NCBI GenBank assembly: GCA_047602425.1
Contig: JASGHG010000001.1
Location: forward strand, 992,001 to 1,056,000
From: Nibricoccus sp.
Lineage (GTDB): Bacteria > Verrucomicrobiota > Verrucomicrobiia > Opitutales > Opitutaceae
Direction: 5' to 3'
Length of the DNA: 64,000 nt
Part shown: in pieces, positions 47,869-58,981 of the stretch
Layout of the letters: every line of letters begins with the position of its first letter
How positions within the stretch are numbered: the stretch's first letter is position 1
The notes under the pieces: model-generated
Databases searched by the model: none
The model's input: only the letters and a program-made list of their open reading frames with translations
What the model was told of the DNA's origin: nothing
Position numbers and translations under genes: made by a program

Positions 47869-48390
47869 ATGAAATCCCTCAAGGTCATCATCGTTCTCCT
47901 CCTCGTTTTTGCCGCCGGCATTTCCATCGGCGTGGTTGGCACCCGCTACGTTATCAAGCGCGACATTCGCCGGGCCATTCTTCAACCCGAACTCGTCCGC
48001 CTTCGCGTCGAACGCGAACTTACCCGCGAACTTTCGCTAACCCCCGCCCAGCAAAACCAGCTCGACGCCATTCTCATCAAGCTTCAACAGGACATCGCCA
48101 AAGCCCGCAAGGAACGCATGCCGCGCATCCGCCCGATCTTCACCGCCGCCCAGCGCAGCATCAACGACATGCTCACGCCCGAGCAGCTTGAAAAGTTCGA
48201 ACGCTACCAAGCCGAAAACGGCGTCTTCTCCTTCGGCGCCGCCCAAGGCCAGGGCCAAAACTTTCCCCGGCTCCAAAAGCTGAAAAAGCTCCGCGAGAAC
48301 ATGCAACAAAACCAGTCGAAACCGCCAGCTTCGACTCCGACGCCAGCCCAGCCACAAGCCGAACCACCACCTGCACCTAGTTCAGAATAG
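47869..48390 (+). CDS. Membrane-anchored LTxxQ (Spy/heavy-metal-sensor-like) protein
   Basis: LLVFAAGISIG TM; LSLTPAQ and MLTPEQ motifs. Confidence 0.7.
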   Translation: MKSLKVIIVLLLVFAAGISIGVVGTRYVIKRDIRRAILQPELVRLRVERELTRELSLTPAQQNQLDAILIKLQQDIAKARKERMPRIRPIFTAAQRSINDMLTPEQLEKFERYQAENGVFSFGAAQGQGQNFPRLQKLKKLRENMQQNQSKPPASTPTPAQPQAEPPPAPSSE

Positions 48391-48540
48391 GTAGGGACGG
48401 GCCGCCGGGCCGTCCGTCAACATCGCCAACCCAAAATCGCCGCACCAACGGCCCCGGCCACTGCCTTGTCCCTTTCCCTAAAATTCACGGTCCCTTCCGT
48501 CCTCTGTGACCTCTGTGTCCGCGCTCCGTGCACTCTGTGA
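48391..48540. repeat. GTAG REP-like hairpin and CTCTGTG half-element
   Basis: gtagggacgggccgccgggccgtccg; cctctgtgacctctgtgtccgcgctccgtgcactctgtga. Confidence 0.6.
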
Positions 48541-48586
48541 CCCACGTCTTTCCTCATTCTTTTAGCCTAAACCATCCTTCACCTCC

Positions 48587-49366
48587 ATGAAAACGAACCT
48601 CCTCCTCTCCGTCCTTGCCCTCGGCTTCGCCACTGCGACCGCCGCTCGCGCCGACTTCGCCGTCTCCACCGGCTACGACTACACGACCGGCAAATATGGC
48701 TACACCGAACCAACCCAAATCTCCACCTGGAATGCCACCGCCGAGTATGCCTATGAAGCCTGGTCCGCCCGCATCTACGTGCCGCACGAACGTGTCACCA
48801 GTCCTGTCGGGACCGTGATTATCGCTGGCCGTCCTCGCCTGACTGCGCTCCTCAACGCCCGCAACCAAAGCAAAACAGAAACCGTTTCCGGCGTCGGCGA
48901 CGTTGAAACTTCGATTTCCTTCGATGCCACCCATGGCTCCGAAAAAGGATGGAGCGCCGTCTTCACCGGCACCGTGAAATTCGCCACCGCCGACGAGGAA
49001 AAAGGACTTGGCACCGGCAAACGGGATTTCGGCCTCGGCGTTACTCTCGCGCGCAACTTCGATCGTTTAACTCCGTCGATTGGTTTCGGTTACCGCTTTG
49101 TCGGAAAACCCGAAGGCTCCGATCTCAAAAACTACGCCTATGGCAGCGTCGGTCTTGGCTGGTGGGCGACCGATACCACCAATCTCAGCCTCTCTTTCGA
49201 CACCTATCAGGCCTCCAGCAAAAGCAGCGGCGTCGACAATGAAGTTTCCCTCGGCCTCAATCAGAACCTCGGCAAACACTGGGACTTCGAAATCCACGCC
49301 CTCGCCGGCCTCAGCACCAACGCCCCCGACTACGGCACCGGCGCCTCGCTGCGATTTTCGTTCTAG
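48587..49366 (+). CDS. Outer membrane beta-barrel (COG4313/MetA-pathway-like)
   Basis: Signal peptide; SGVGDV, VKFATAD..KGLGTG..D motifs; alternating beta pattern; terminal Phe. Confidence 0.75.
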   Translation: MKTNLLLSVLALGFATATAARADFAVSTGYDYTTGKYGYTEPTQISTWNATAEYAYEAWSARIYVPHERVTSPVGTVIIAGRPRLTALLNARNQSKTETVSGVGDVETSISFDATHGSEKGWSAVFTGTVKFATADEEKGLGTGKRDFGLGVTLARNFDRLTPSIGFGYRFVGKPEGSDLKNYAYGSVGLGWWATDTTNLSLSFDTYQASSKSSGVDNEVSLGLNQNLGKHWDFEIHALAGLSTNAPDYGTGASLRFSF

Positions 49367-49387
49367 ACGCTGGAACCATTCCAAATC

Positions 49388-50089
49388 TTACAGCGCGGTA
49401 GGCGAGCTGTCCGACACTTCTTTGATTTTTTCTGGTGGGAAAATCTCCTCCCCCGGAACTTTGACCTCACGAACGGGTGTCGGCAAAAACCAAATAAACG
49501 AGCTTGTCCTACGATTGTAGTCCGACTGTGACATGCGAGTGACAGCAGCATAATAGCCGGGGATGTTCTCTTTGGCCGATAATACCTGGTTGTAATTGAT
49601 GCGCCTCTTCTCGGGAACTAAACCATTTATCATAGTAAAGAGCGGCTCGAGCTCTTTGAGATAAACCTGGTGTGCAGAAATTTCGTCATGCCGATAGCCG
49701 CCATCGGGAGTAAAAGCCACATCAAGATAAAGCCCATCGGCCACACCTCGATGTTCAGTAACTGTCCCGCGAAGATTCGCCGGAATTTTTTCAACGGCCG
49801 AACGAAGCCGCTCTATTTGTTGCGCACTCAGATAAACTACTTCTTCCAATTCGGAAAACCTTCCACTTTGCGAGCAAACAATACCCCGGTCACAAACATA
49901 CCACATATCTCTTCCGCCGCCCGGGGCGTAAAAAACACTTATTGTCACAATTCTATCCCCAACTCCCGTTGTTGTATCTCGCCGATCAAATCCATACCCA
50001 ACCCTTAGGAGAAATCCTCCCAGCAGAAGGCACGTTACAATGAGATAAATCCCCAGCCAACGATGACGTCTTGGTGAACGGGCAATCAT
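49388..50089 (-). CDS. Hypothetical membrane-anchored protein (lower GC than flanks)
   Basis: Long ORF with an N-terminal TM; no family recognised. Confidence 0.55.
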   Translation of the reverse strand: MIARSPRRHRWLGIYLIVTCLLLGGFLLRVGYGFDRRDTTTGVGDRIVTISVFYAPGGGRDMWYVCDRGIVCSQSGRFSELEEVVYLSAQQIERLRSAVEKIPANLRGTVTEHRGVADGLYLDVAFTPDGGYRHDEISAHQVYLKELEPLFTMINGLVPEKRRINYNQVLSAKENIPGYYAAVTRMSQSDYNRRTSSFIWFLPTPVREVKVPGEEIFPPEKIKEVSDSSPTAL

Positions 50090-50170
50090 GGAACTCGATC
50101 CAGACAACAGAAACAAGACATACGGTCAAATTCTAGTTTCGCGCCACGGACAGCCTTCCTCGATCCAAAT

Positions 50171-50208
50171 AAAAAAACGGCGCCCGATCCGCAGATCGGT
50201 GCGCCGTT
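50171..50208 (-). terminator. Intrinsic terminator after the ferredoxin
   Basis: AACGGCGC-CCGATC...GATCGG-T-GCGCCGTT with an A run on + (U-tail on minus). Confidence 0.7.
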
Positions 50209-50229
50209 GAGAAAAAGAAGGGGAGCGGA

Positions 50230-50412
50230 TTAGGCTCCGGCGGAAATCGCGCCGCTCGGGCAGCCGCTTTCGCAGACCGCGCAATCAACGCACTTTTCGG
50301 CGTCGATGATGTAGTGACCGCCGCCTTCAGCGGCAGAAATGGCGCCCGAGGGGCAGGTGTCGACGCAAGCCGCGCAAGCGGTGCATTTTTCAGCTTCAAT
50401 AACGTAGGCCAT
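50230..50412 (-). CDS. 2[4Fe-4S] ferredoxin
   Basis: Two CxxCxxCxxxCP motifs in 60 aa. Confidence 0.95.
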   Translation of the reverse strand: MAYVIEAEKCTACAACVDTCPSGAISAAEGGGHYIIDAEKCVDCAVCESGCPSGAISAGA

Positions 50413-50829
50413 GGTAGGATGTGTTGGAGGTTAAGATGGTCGCCGCAAACGGGTGGGATCCGAACACGGCAGAGTTCGCATCAATAACATCCCTATTCGG
50501 CACGCGATAAAAATTCCCGAGGCCCTAAATGCTTACCCACGCGCTACAGGACAGCTGGACCATTTTTCTGATTTACCACGCTCCGTCCAATCGCCTGCGG
50601 CGAAAAACCCGTTCCGCCGCAGCCAAAATCATCCCGCGTGCTTCTAGTTTTTTTCAAACGAGTTACGACATATTCAGTTCGCCGTTTTGCCGGCGCCATC
50701 GCCTCGTGGAATCACGTCCGCGCCAACAGCGGCGGCCTATTGCTTCTTCTTATGGGGTCGATTTACAAAGCAACTATTCGATTCACGTATCCTCGGTCCA
50801 CTCATTGGCTACCGCTTTCTCAACCCGCG

Positions 50830-53022
50830 TTACGCTGAAGCGTACTCCGCAGTGGTCGACGCGTTGCGCGCGGAGGCGAGTTTGAAAAACTCCATGGTCT
50901 GGCGCAGGCGTTCGGCTTCGGCGGAAAGTGAATTTGCGGCGGACGCCATTTCTTCCGAGGAAGCCGCGTTTTGCTGGATGACTTTGTCGAGTTGTTGCAC
51001 GGCCTGGCTCACCTGGGCGGAGCTGTGGCTCTGTTCGTCGCTGGCCGCGGCGATTTCCTGCACGAGTTTGGCGGTTTGTTGAATGGACGGCACCAGTTCG
51101 CCGATGCGTTGGCGGGTGTTCTGCGCGAGAACGACGTTGCCGGTGGACAACTCCCCGATTTCCGCGGCGGCGGTCCGGCAGCGCTCGGCGAGTTTGCGCA
51201 CTTCCCTGGCCACGACGGCGAATCCTTTTCCATGCTCGCCCGCGCGGGCGGCTTCGATCGCGGCATTGAGCGCGAGCAGATCCGTCTGGCGCGCGATTTC
51301 CTCGATGATCGTGATGCGCCGGGCGATGTCTTCCATCGCATGCGTCGTCTTCTCGACCGTGGCGCCGGCTTCGATCGCTTCAACCGCCGAACCATTCGCT
51401 ATCTTTTCGGTTTGTTTGGCATTATTGCTGTTCGTCTGAATGCTGGCGGAAGATTCCTCGATGCTGGCGGAGATTTCCTCGATCGCGGCCGCCTGGGTCG
51501 CGGTCCCTTGCGCAAGTCCGTTCGCGCTCGTGGTGATGCCCGCGCTGCCGTGGGCAACCTGATCCGCGGCCAAGCCGACATCGGCGACGATACGGCGAAG
51601 ATTGGCGACCATCTTTTGCAGCGCCTTGCCGAGTGTGTCGTGCGCAGAGGCCTGTGGCACGTCGCGCTGGAGGTCGCCTTCTCCGATCGCGAGCGCCAGC
51701 CGCGCCTTGGCATCGAGCGTCTCGGCCATGCGGTTGGCGACTTGGGCAAGCTGAGCCGTTTCGTCGGATGAAGTGACGCGCACCCGGACGGCGAGGTCTC
51801 CCTCAGCGATTCGTTCAAGTCCCTCGACGAGTTGCCGAACCGGCCGGGCGATACCCTGCGCAACCCGGAGGCTGACCACGAGTCCCAGCAGGATCGTAAC
51901 GACGCCCGTGCCGACGATCCACCAGCACATGCGAACAAGAGCGGCGGTCGAGGTCGTCTGCGCAGTGCGATAATCCTCGCGGCAGGCGAGTCCGACAATG
52001 GCCCAATCCCACGCGGGGAAATAAGTGGCCGCGACAATCGTGTCGATAGGAGGCTGATCGGCTTCGGACAGATTGAAACGCGCATGCGTGATCTCGCCGG
52101 GTTTGGCGGTGGCGATTGTTTTAAGCAAATTTTCGATCGCCGGCTGCGAAGCCGAATCGTGCCAGGCCAGCAGGTTTTCGCCCGCTTTCTGGTCGGCCCG
52201 GCCGATGACGAGTTTGCCGCGCTGATTTCCTTTCAAAGAAGTGATGAGCACGTAGCCGTTTCGACCGATGCGATTGCGCTGAATGAGTTCCTCCAAGCCC
52301 GCATTGACTTCGGACCAGGGCACGCCGACGTAGAGCATGCCGATGACGCGGTTGTGCTCAGGGTTCCAGATCGGCTCGTACACCGTGGTGTGCCAATCGT
52401 TGACGACAAAAGCCCGCCCGTGAAACGGTTTTCCCGCGAGCACGCTGGCGATGACGGGATTTTCCGCGCCCGTCGCGTCGTGGCTCGGGATGAAGGTTCC
52501 CACCGCGCGTTTGCCATCGAGAGTCCGTACGCTCGTGCAAACCCGGATCATGTCGCCCTCTTCGTTCATGCGTTGAAAAACCGTGCAGAAGTCGCGCGTG
52601 AAACGAGTGATCTCATCCACAACTGGCGCGGGTGTCGTAAACTCGTTGGCTTGCCCCAGCCAACGTTCCCCCACCCGCATCTCGGGTAGTTTCATGGGCA
52701 CCGATTTCTTGGTGAGCTGGTTGACCGCCTGCCATTCGACGAGGCGTTGGCCGGTGTTCAGGTCGCCAGCACCGTCGATCAAGCTACGCGTGAGCCCCAA
52801 GTTGTATTCGAGCCGTTTTTGGGTCCGGTCTTCCGAAAGTTGGCAAAGCTGATTGACGGTCAAAACCAGTTTTTCGGCGTCGCGCGGCGCCTCTTGGTCG
52901 AAAAGGACGCCGAGCGTTCTTTCCAATTTGACCCTCTGCACCCACGTCACCGCAAACATCGTCAGCGACGCCGCCGCGACCATGCCTATGCCCAACAAAC
53001 AGATTTTAGTTCGGATTTTCAT
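50830..53022 (-). CDS. Methyl-accepting chemotaxis protein with Cache sensor and HAMP domains
   Basis: [47 protein letters not shown]...RAVGT Cache_3-Cache_2-like region; two TMs. Confidence 0.95.
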   Translation of the reverse strand: MKIRTKICLLGIGMVAAASLTMFAVTWVQRVKLERTLGVLFDQEAPRDAEKLVLTVNQLCQLSEDRTQKRLEYNLGLTRSLIDGAGDLNTGQRLVEWQAVNQLTKKSVPMKLPEMRVGERWLGQANEFTTPAPVVDEITRFTRDFCTVFQRMNEEGDMIRVCTSVRTLDGKRAVGTFIPSHDATGAENPVIASVLAGKPFHGRAFVVNDWHTTVYEPIWNPEHNRVIGMLYVGVPWSEVNAGLEELIQRNRIGRNGYVLITSLKGNQRGKLVIGRADQKAGENLLAWHDSASQPAIENLLKTIATAKPGEITHARFNLSEADQPPIDTIVAATYFPAWDWAIVGLACREDYRTAQTTSTAALVRMCWWIVGTGVVTILLGLVVSLRVAQGIARPVRQLVEGLERIAEGDLAVRVRVTSSDETAQLAQVANRMAETLDAKARLALAIGEGDLQRDVPQASAHDTLGKALQKMVANLRRIVADVGLAADQVAHGSAGITTSANGLAQGTATQAAAIEEISASIEESSASIQTNSNNAKQTEKIANGSAVEAIEAGATVEKTTHAMEDIARRITIIEEIARQTDLLALNAAIEAARAGEHGKGFAVVAREVRKLAERCRTAAAEIGELSTGNVVLAQNTRQRIGELVPSIQQTAKLVQEIAAASDEQSHSSAQVSQAVQQLDKVIQQNAASSEEMASAANSLSAEAERLRQTMEFFKLASARNASTTAEYASA

Positions 53023-53099
53023 GACGCCTGGGGTACCCGCGCTGGAGAGGATAATGATATAAGTTCCTCCCGGAGTGCACCGACGGAGGATAAGATCCA

Positions 53100-53126
53100 A
53101 TATCGGACGCCCCTGCGCGCGCTTGA
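53100..53126 (-). promoter_or_regulatory. Sigma-28 (FliA)-like promoter of the MCP gene
   Basis: TCAAG-N14-TCCGATAT versus the TCAAG-N14-GCCGATAA consensus. Confidence 0.55.
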
Positions 53127-53232
53127 ATACCCACAACCAGAAATATCGACAAACATCGAAACTCGCCAAAAGACGCATCCTGCCTCCCCAGCCCGCAAAT
53201 CACACAAGCCATTTAAAAGTCTCAACTTATAA

Positions 53233-53309
53233 TGGTGGACGGTACTGGACTCGAACCAGTGACCCCGTGCGTGTGAAGCACGTGCTCTAACCAACTGAGC
53301 TAACCGTCC
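53233..53309 (-). tRNA. tRNA-Val (anticodon CAC)
   Basis: GGACGGTTAGCTCAGTTGGTTAGAGCACGTGCTTCACACGCACGGGGTCACTGGTTCGAGTCCAGTACCGTCCACCA: cloverleaf, TTCGA T-loop, encoded CCA. Confidence 0.97.
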
Positions 53310-53348
53310 GTCGTGGAGGGCTAAACGTGGGGGGCCGCCGCGCGCAAA

Positions 53349-54074
53349 TCAACTCTGTTTTGCGGACCCGCCCATCTTGGTTTTTCCACCCACCGCCTGA
53401 CCGCCGGTCGGCGCATGCACGCTGGCCGCGTTTACCCGGACGGCCCGCCGTTTGCCGTCGTTCAGCGTGCGGCAAATTTCGCAATGCTTCCCGTCGCAAC
53501 CGCGCGCCGTGCAATGTTCCCGCCCGTAGTAAATAATGCGCAGGTGCAACTGGTTCCAACGCTCCGTCGCGAAAAGTTTTTTCAAATCCCGCTCGGTTTG
53601 CACCACGCTGCTCCCGTCGCTTAGCCGCCAACGTTCCGCAAGCCGGTGGATGTGCGTGTCGACGGGAAACGCCGGCACGCCGAAAGCCTGCGACATCACC
53701 ACCGAGGCGGTCTTGTGGCCCACGCCCGGAAGTTCTTCCAGCTCCTCGAAACTCCGTGGCACCTCCCCGCCGTGTTTCTCGATGATGATTTTCGACAGCC
53801 CCGCAATGGCCCGCGCTTTCATTGGCGAAAGCCCGCAAGGCCGCACAATGGCGTCGATTTTTTCAACCGGCATGTGCGCCATCGCCCGGGGATTGTCGGC
53901 GAGCGCAAAGAGCAAGGGCGTGATTTCGTTCACCCGTTTGTCTGTGCACTGCGCCGAGAGCACCACCGCCACGAGCAGCGTGTAAGCGTCGCGATGCGCC
54001 AGCGGAATCGGCGTCTCCGGATACAGCTCCTCCAAACGTCGATCGACGAAGGCGGCTCGCTCGACTTTGGTCAT
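53349..54074 (-). CDS. nth: Endonuclease III
   Basis: LSAQCTDKRVN, HhH LPGVGHKTA, VDTHIHR and a C-terminal four-Cys cluster. Confidence 0.93.
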   Translation of the reverse strand: MTKVERAAFVDRRLEELYPETPIPLAHRDAYTLLVAVVLSAQCTDKRVNEITPLLFALADNPRAMAHMPVEKIDAIVRPCGLSPMKARAIAGLSKIIIEKHGGEVPRSFEELEELPGVGHKTASVVMSQAFGVPAFPVDTHIHRLAERWRLSDGSSVVQTERDLKKLFATERWNQLHLRIIYYGREHCTARGCDGKHCEICRTLNDGKRRAVRVNAASVHAPTGGQAVGGKTKMGGSAKQS

Positions 54075-54147
54075 GCTCGGCATGCGCGCGAACGAAGCCG
54101 CCCGCCCGCCAAAGGCAACGCCGTTTTCGCAAAAAACCAGTAGTTGT

Positions 54148-54308
54148 TACACAGAGGACACCAGAGGATGCGCGGAGGTCACAAAGGGATCTGCAATTTC
54201 TCCGTCCTCAAAATCCTTCACCGCCTGGTGCGGGAAGGCCGACAAAATTCTAACCTATCTGAAGGCCTCCCGCCGCCTCTGTGTCTAAGCTCTGTGCACT
54301 CTGTGACA
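54148..54308. repeat. CACAGAG/CTCTGTG REP-like inverted repeat element
   Basis: acacagaggacaccagaggatgcgcggaggtcacaaag ... ctctgtgtctaagctctgtgcactctgtgac. Confidence 0.7.
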
Positions 54309-54378
54309 CCTTCCGAGTTCCGTCTTTCGTGGCCAAATTTCCCTTTGCTTCCGCGGGCGCGGTTTCTAGGTTCCGCAA

Positions 54379-57315
54379 ATGCCTTTGTCTTCTCCCGCGA
54401 ACGCCACCCAGCCCTCCGCTTCGTCCAGCGGCGACCTCCTCGCCCCGCTCGACACTTTCGCCCGCCGCCACAGCGGCTCTGGCGCGGCCGACGCCGCCGC
54501 CATGCTGGCCACGCTGGGCCACAGCTCGCTGGAATCGCTCGTCGACGCCGCCGTTCCCGCGCAAATCCGCCTCCCCAAACCGCTCAATCTCCCCGCCCCG
54601 CTCAGCGAAAGCGCCGCCCTCGCCGAACTTCGCGCCATCTCCAAGCAAAACGAGGTCTTCCGCAGCTTCATCGGCCAGGGCTACTATGGCACCCACACGC
54701 CCGGCGTCATTCAGCGCACCATCCTCGAAAACCCCGCCTGGTATACCGCCTACACGCCTTATCAGGCTGAAATCTCCCAAGGCCGTCTCGAAGCGCTTCT
54801 TAATTTCCAAACCCTCGTCACCGACCTGACCGGACTCGATATCGCCAACGCTTCGCTCCTCGACGAAGCCACCGCCGCCGCCGAGGCCATGGGCCTTTGC
54901 CATCGCATGGTCGCCGATCCGTCGCGCAACCAATTTTTCGTCTCCGACGCCTGCCACCCGCAAACCATCGACGTCGTCCGCACGCGCGCCAAACCGCTCG
55001 GCATCGCCATCGTCACCGGCGACCACCGCACCTTCGCTCCCGACGCCACGTTCTGCGGCGTGCTCGTGCAATACCCGGACACGACCGGCAGCATCCACGA
55101 TTTTTCATCGTTCTTCGAAAAAGCCCACGCCGCTGGCGCTCTCTGCGTCGCCGCCACCGACCTGCTCGCCCTCACGCTCCTGCGGGCACCCGGCGAATTC
55201 GGCGCCGACGTCGTCGTTGGCTCAGCCCAACGGTTCGGCGTTCCCATGGGCTTCGGCGGCCCGCATGCCGGCTTCATGGCCACAAAAGATGGCCACAAAC
55301 GCCAGATGCCCGGCCGCCTCGTCGGTGTTTCCAAGGATGCCCAAGGCAATCCCGCCCTCCGCCTCGCCCTCGGCACGCGCGAACAACACATCCGTCGCGA
55401 CAAGGCGACGTCCAACATCTGCACCGCGCAGGTATTGCTCTCCGTTCTCGCCTCGATGTACGCCGTCTATCACGGCCCCGACGGTCTGCACCGCATCGCA
55501 ACCCGAACCACCGCCCTTACCCAACTTCTCAAATCCGCCGCCTCCGCCGCCGGCCTCACGGTTAACGCCGAGCCCGTCTTCGACACCGTGCGCATCAGCG
55601 GTCTCGACGCCTCTGCCGTCCACGCCCGCGCCAAAGCCAAGCGCCTCAACCTCCGCCCCATCGACGCCAAGACCGTCAGCCTCTCCCTCGACGAAACGAC
55701 CACGGAGTCCGACCTCCGCGACCTCGCCGAAGTCCTAGGCCTGAAACTTCCTCTTCAGCTACCAATTACCAACTACCAACTACCAACTGCTTTCGCCCGC
55801 ACCTCCGCTTTCCTCAAGCACCCCGTTTTCACCTCCTACCACACCGAGCACGAGATGCTGCGCTACATCAAGCGCCTCGAGACCCGCGACCTTTCGCTCG
55901 TCCACTCGATGATTTCGCTCGGCTCGTGCACGATGAAGCTCAACGCCACGAGCGAGATGTTTCCGGTGACGTGGCCCGAGTTCGGACAACTCCATCCCTT
56001 CGCTCCTGCCGAACAAACCCGCGGATACAAAAAGCTCACCACCGACCTCGAAACCTGGCTCGCCGAGATCACCGGCTTCGCCGCCGTCTCGCTCCAGCCC
56101 AACGCCGGCTCCAACGGCGAATACGCCGGCATGCTCGCCATTCGCGACTGGCATGCCTCGCGCGGCGAAGGTCATCGCAACATCTGCCTCATTCCGACCA
56201 GCGCCCACGGCACCAATCCTGCCACCGCCGCCATGGCCGGCATGACCGTCATCGCCGTCGCTTGCGACACCCAGGGCAACATCGACGTCGCCGACCTCCG
56301 CACCAAGGCCAGCCAGCACGCTAAAAATCTCTGCGCGCTGATGATCACCTATCCCTCGACGCATGGTGTATTCGAGGCTTCGATACGCGACATCTGCGCG
56401 ATCATCCACGAGCACGGCGGCCAAGTCTACATGGACGGCGCCAACATGAATGCCCAAGTCGGCCTGACTTCGCCCGGCTTCATCGGTGCTGACGTCTGCC
56501 ATCTCAATCTCCACAAAACCTTCGCCATCCCCCACGGCGGTGGCGATCCCGGCGTCGGCCCAATTGGCGTCGCCAAACATCTCGTCCCTTTCCTCCCCGG
56601 ACACGTGGTTTGGAGCCAAGCAAACGCCTCCTCCCCCACTGCCCATCACCCATCACCCATGACCCCGGGTCGCGCCGTCAGCGCGGCCCCCTACGGCTCC
56701 GCCAGCGTGCTCCCGATTTCCTGGATGTACATCCGCATGCTCGGTGCAACCGGCGCAACCGAAGCCACCCGGATCGCCATCCTCAACGCCAACTACGTCG
56801 CCCGCCGTCTCGATGCGCACTACCCCGTGCTCTACAAAGGCGCCAGCGGCCTCGTAGCCCACGAATGCATCATCGATTGCCGTGGCTTCAAAAAGCACGG
56901 CATCGAAGTCGAGGACATCGCGAAGCGCCTGCAGGACTATAACTATCACGCCCCGACCATGAGCTGGCCCGTCGCCGGCACGCTCATGATCGAGCCGACC
57001 GAAAGCGAAGCCAAAGTTGAACTCGACCGCTTCTGCGACACGCTCATTTCGATCGCAGGGGAAATAGCCGCCATCGCCAAAGGCGAAGCCGACAAGACCA
57101 ACAACGTCCTGAAAAATTCCCCGCACACCGCCAAGGTCGTGTGTTCCGACAAGTGGGACCGCCCCTACTCCCGCGAGTTGGCCGCCTTCCCGACTGAGTT
57201 CGTGCGCGAGCACAAATTCTGGCCGGCCGTGGGCCGTGTCGACAACGTCTATGGCGACCGCAACCTCGTCTGCTCCTGCGTCGGCATGGAAGCCTTCGCC
57301 GAACAGAAGAGCTGA
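54379..57315 (+). CDS. gcvP: Glycine dehydrogenase (decarboxylating), P protein
   Basis: [42 protein letters not shown] and PLP-lysine HLNLHKTF. Confidence 0.97.
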   Translation: MPLSSPANATQPSASSSGDLLAPLDTFARRHSGSGAADAAAMLATLGHSSLESLVDAAVPAQIRLPKPLNLPAPLSESAALAELRAISKQNEVFRSFIGQGYYGTHTPGVIQRTILENPAWYTAYTPYQAEISQGRLEALLNFQTLVTDLTGLDIANASLLDEATAAAEAMGLCHRMVADPSRNQFFVSDACHPQTIDVVRTRAKPLGIAIVTGDHRTFAPDATFCGVLVQYPDTTGSIHDFSSFFEKAHAAGALCVAATDLLALTLLRAPGEFGADVVVGSAQRFGVPMGFGGPHAGFMATKDGHKRQMPGRLVGVSKDAQGNPALRLALGTREQHIRRDKATSNICTAQVLLSVLASMYAVYHGPDGLHRIATRTTALTQLLKSAASAAGLTVNAEPVFDTVRISGLDASAVHARAKAKRLNLRPIDAKTVSLSLDETTTESDLRDLAEVLGLKLPLQLPITNYQLPTAFARTSAFLKHPVFTSYHTEHEMLRYIKRLETRDLSLVHSMISLGSCTMKLNATSEMFPVTWPEFGQLHPFAPAEQTRGYKKLTTDLETWLAEITGFAAVSLQPNAGSNGEYAGMLAIRDWHASRGEGHRNICLIPTSAHGTNPATAAMAGMTVIAVACDTQGNIDVADLRTKASQHAKNLCALMITYPSTHGVFEASIRDICAIIHEHGGQVYMDGANMNAQVGLTSPGFIGADVCHLNLHKTFAIPHGGGDPGVGPIGVAKHLVPFLPGHVVWSQANASSPTAHHPSPMTPGRAVSAAPYGSASVLPISWMYIRMLGATGATEATRIAILNANYVARRLDAHYPVLYKGASGLVAHECIIDCRGFKKHGIEVEDIAKRLQDYNYHAPTMSWPVAGTLMIEPTESEAKVELDRFCDTLISIAGEIAAIAKGEADKTNNVLKNSPHTAKVVCSDKWDRPYSRELAAFPTEFVREHKFWPAVGRVDNVYGDRNLVCSCVGMEAFAEQKS

Positions 57316-57376
57316 CCAATTCCTCCACGAACCATTCGCCATCCGCCCCTAAAACGATCTCATCGGGGGTTGCCCC

Positions 57377-58195
57377 ATGACATCATTTCCTCCCCGACTT
57401 CACTGCATCCTCGCTCGCGAGGCTCGGTTAGGGATTGTCATCCGGCGCGGACCCAGCAAATCCGTCTGCACGCTGAAGTGGGACCTAGATAAAGACACGT
57501 TCAAGCTCGGCCAATGGATGCGCGGGCGCATCTACGAACGCCGCTGCGATCTCTCGCCCGATGGGAAACACTTCCTCTATTTCGCGATGAACGGGCGCTG
57601 GCAGTCCGAGTCGACCGGCGCGTGGACAGCCATTTCGAAAACACCCTACCTCAAAGCCACGATTATGCTAACCAAGGGCGACTGCTGGCATGGTGGTGGC
57701 CTGTTTACTTCTAACCATCGATACTGGCTCAACGATGGCTATGGACACCAAGTCCTAAGAGACAATCGCCAGTTGATTCGCGATTCATCTTTTCAGCCTA
57801 AAGAACACTTCGGCGGCGAATGCCTACATGTATACTACAACCGCCTGATGCGGTATGGTTGGACTTTGCTCGACGAGAAATCCGGCAGCGCCCACGCAAT
57901 TTTCGAAAAGCCACTGGGATTAAACCTCGTGCTTCGCAAATACTGTTTTGCGGAAATCAATCAACCGCCCGGTAATGGCTGTTACTATGATCGTCACGCG
58001 ATCATCACGAAAACCGGCGAACTTGTGCAGGATTTCCCGCATTGGCAGTGGGCCGAGCTCGACAAACGACGACTCATCTGGGCAGAGGACGGACGCCTGT
58101 TCTCCGGCTACGTCCACAAATCCGGCGTTCGCAATCCCAAGTTGCTGCACAATTTCTCCGCGATGCGCTTCGAAGCTCGCCCCGCGCCATACTGA
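57377..58195 (+). CDS. Hypothetical protein (Trp/Cys/His-rich)
   Basis: 272-aa ORF; IRRGPSK, GRIYERRCDLSPDG and CWHGGGLF look like conserved blocks; function unknown. Confidence 0.7.
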   Translation: MTSFPPRLHCILAREARLGIVIRRGPSKSVCTLKWDLDKDTFKLGQWMRGRIYERRCDLSPDGKHFLYFAMNGRWQSESTGAWTAISKTPYLKATIMLTKGDCWHGGGLFTSNHRYWLNDGYGHQVLRDNRQLIRDSSFQPKEHFGGECLHVYYNRLMRYGWTLLDEKSGSAHAIFEKPLGLNLVLRKYCFAEINQPPGNGCYYDRHAIITKTGELVQDFPHWQWAELDKRRLIWAEDGRLFSGYVHKSGVRNPKLLHNFSAMRFEARPAPY

Positions 58196-58371
58196 CGAAA
58201 GATTTGCGTACGCGATCGATCCATGTGGCGATGCAAAATCGCCCCCAGAACCGCCTTGAATTCCCTATCCTATCCCATAGAACCAAGGTATCTCCGTGGA
58301 GGTCCAGCTCCAGCCCGGTGCGAGAGCGCTTCCCAAAGTTCACAACCCCATTTCCGGAATCAATACTCTCT

Positions 58372-58953
58372 ATGGGCTATGCTATATCTTGGTTCGCCGT
58401 TCCGCAGCAACAGACCGAAACATTTCTGAACCGATTTCAACTCGTGCCAACGGGCGCCACCAACGATTTCCCGGATTCGTTGATCTCGTTCGGAAAATTC
58501 GACACAGGCTGGACCGTTCTCTGGTACGGTCGTTACGGCTGCCCGTTTCTTCGCGAGAAAGAACTTACAACCATTTCCAAAGACTATGACATCCTTTGCT
58601 GCAAAGTTGAAGAGCACGTGATGGCAAGTTCGTCCGAGCTCTGGTCAGGTGGGGCGCGTAAATGGTTGATTTCACACGAGGGCGAAAACGGCCCAAAGGG
58701 TCTCGACATCGAGGGCACGCCTCCGGAATCGCTCTCGGCAATTCGCCAGGAAATGGAAGCGACGCAGCTGGCCGAAGGTGGAGATGATGCAGAGGTTGAT
58801 TACATCTTCGAAATCCCGCTGGCCGTCGCGGAAAAGATCGTCGGTTTCAAACATGACTCCGATTCGCCGCACCTGATCGGAAAACAATTTCTGTCCCTAA
58901 AGCAGACCACCTCCGCTTCAGGTTTCTTCGGTCGCTTCTTCGGCAAAGGCTGA
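58372..58953 (+). CDS. Hypothetical protein
   Basis: MGYAISWFAV... VEEHVMASS... DYIFEIP; coding-like ORF with an estimated start. Confidence 0.7.
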   Translation: MGYAISWFAVPQQQTETFLNRFQLVPTGATNDFPDSLISFGKFDTGWTVLWYGRYGCPFLREKELTTISKDYDILCCKVEEHVMASSSELWSGGARKWLISHEGENGPKGLDIEGTPPESLSAIRQEMEATQLAEGGDDAEVDYIFEIPLAVAEKIVGFKHDSDSPHLIGKQFLSLKQTTSASGFFGRFFGKG

Positions 58954-58981
58954 GCCTGTCCATCCCCGATCACAAAACGAG

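Noticed and set aside
49388..53232. Genomic island integrated at tRNA-Val
   Set aside because: There is an AT-rich patch after the tRNA, but no integrase is present and no duplicate of the tRNA 3' end was found by eye.
54090..54378. Glycine riboswitch upstream of gcvP
   Set aside because: No tandem GGAGA...CCGAAG...CTCTCAGG aptamer pattern was seen; the spacer is filled by a CACAGAG/CTCTGTG repeat element.
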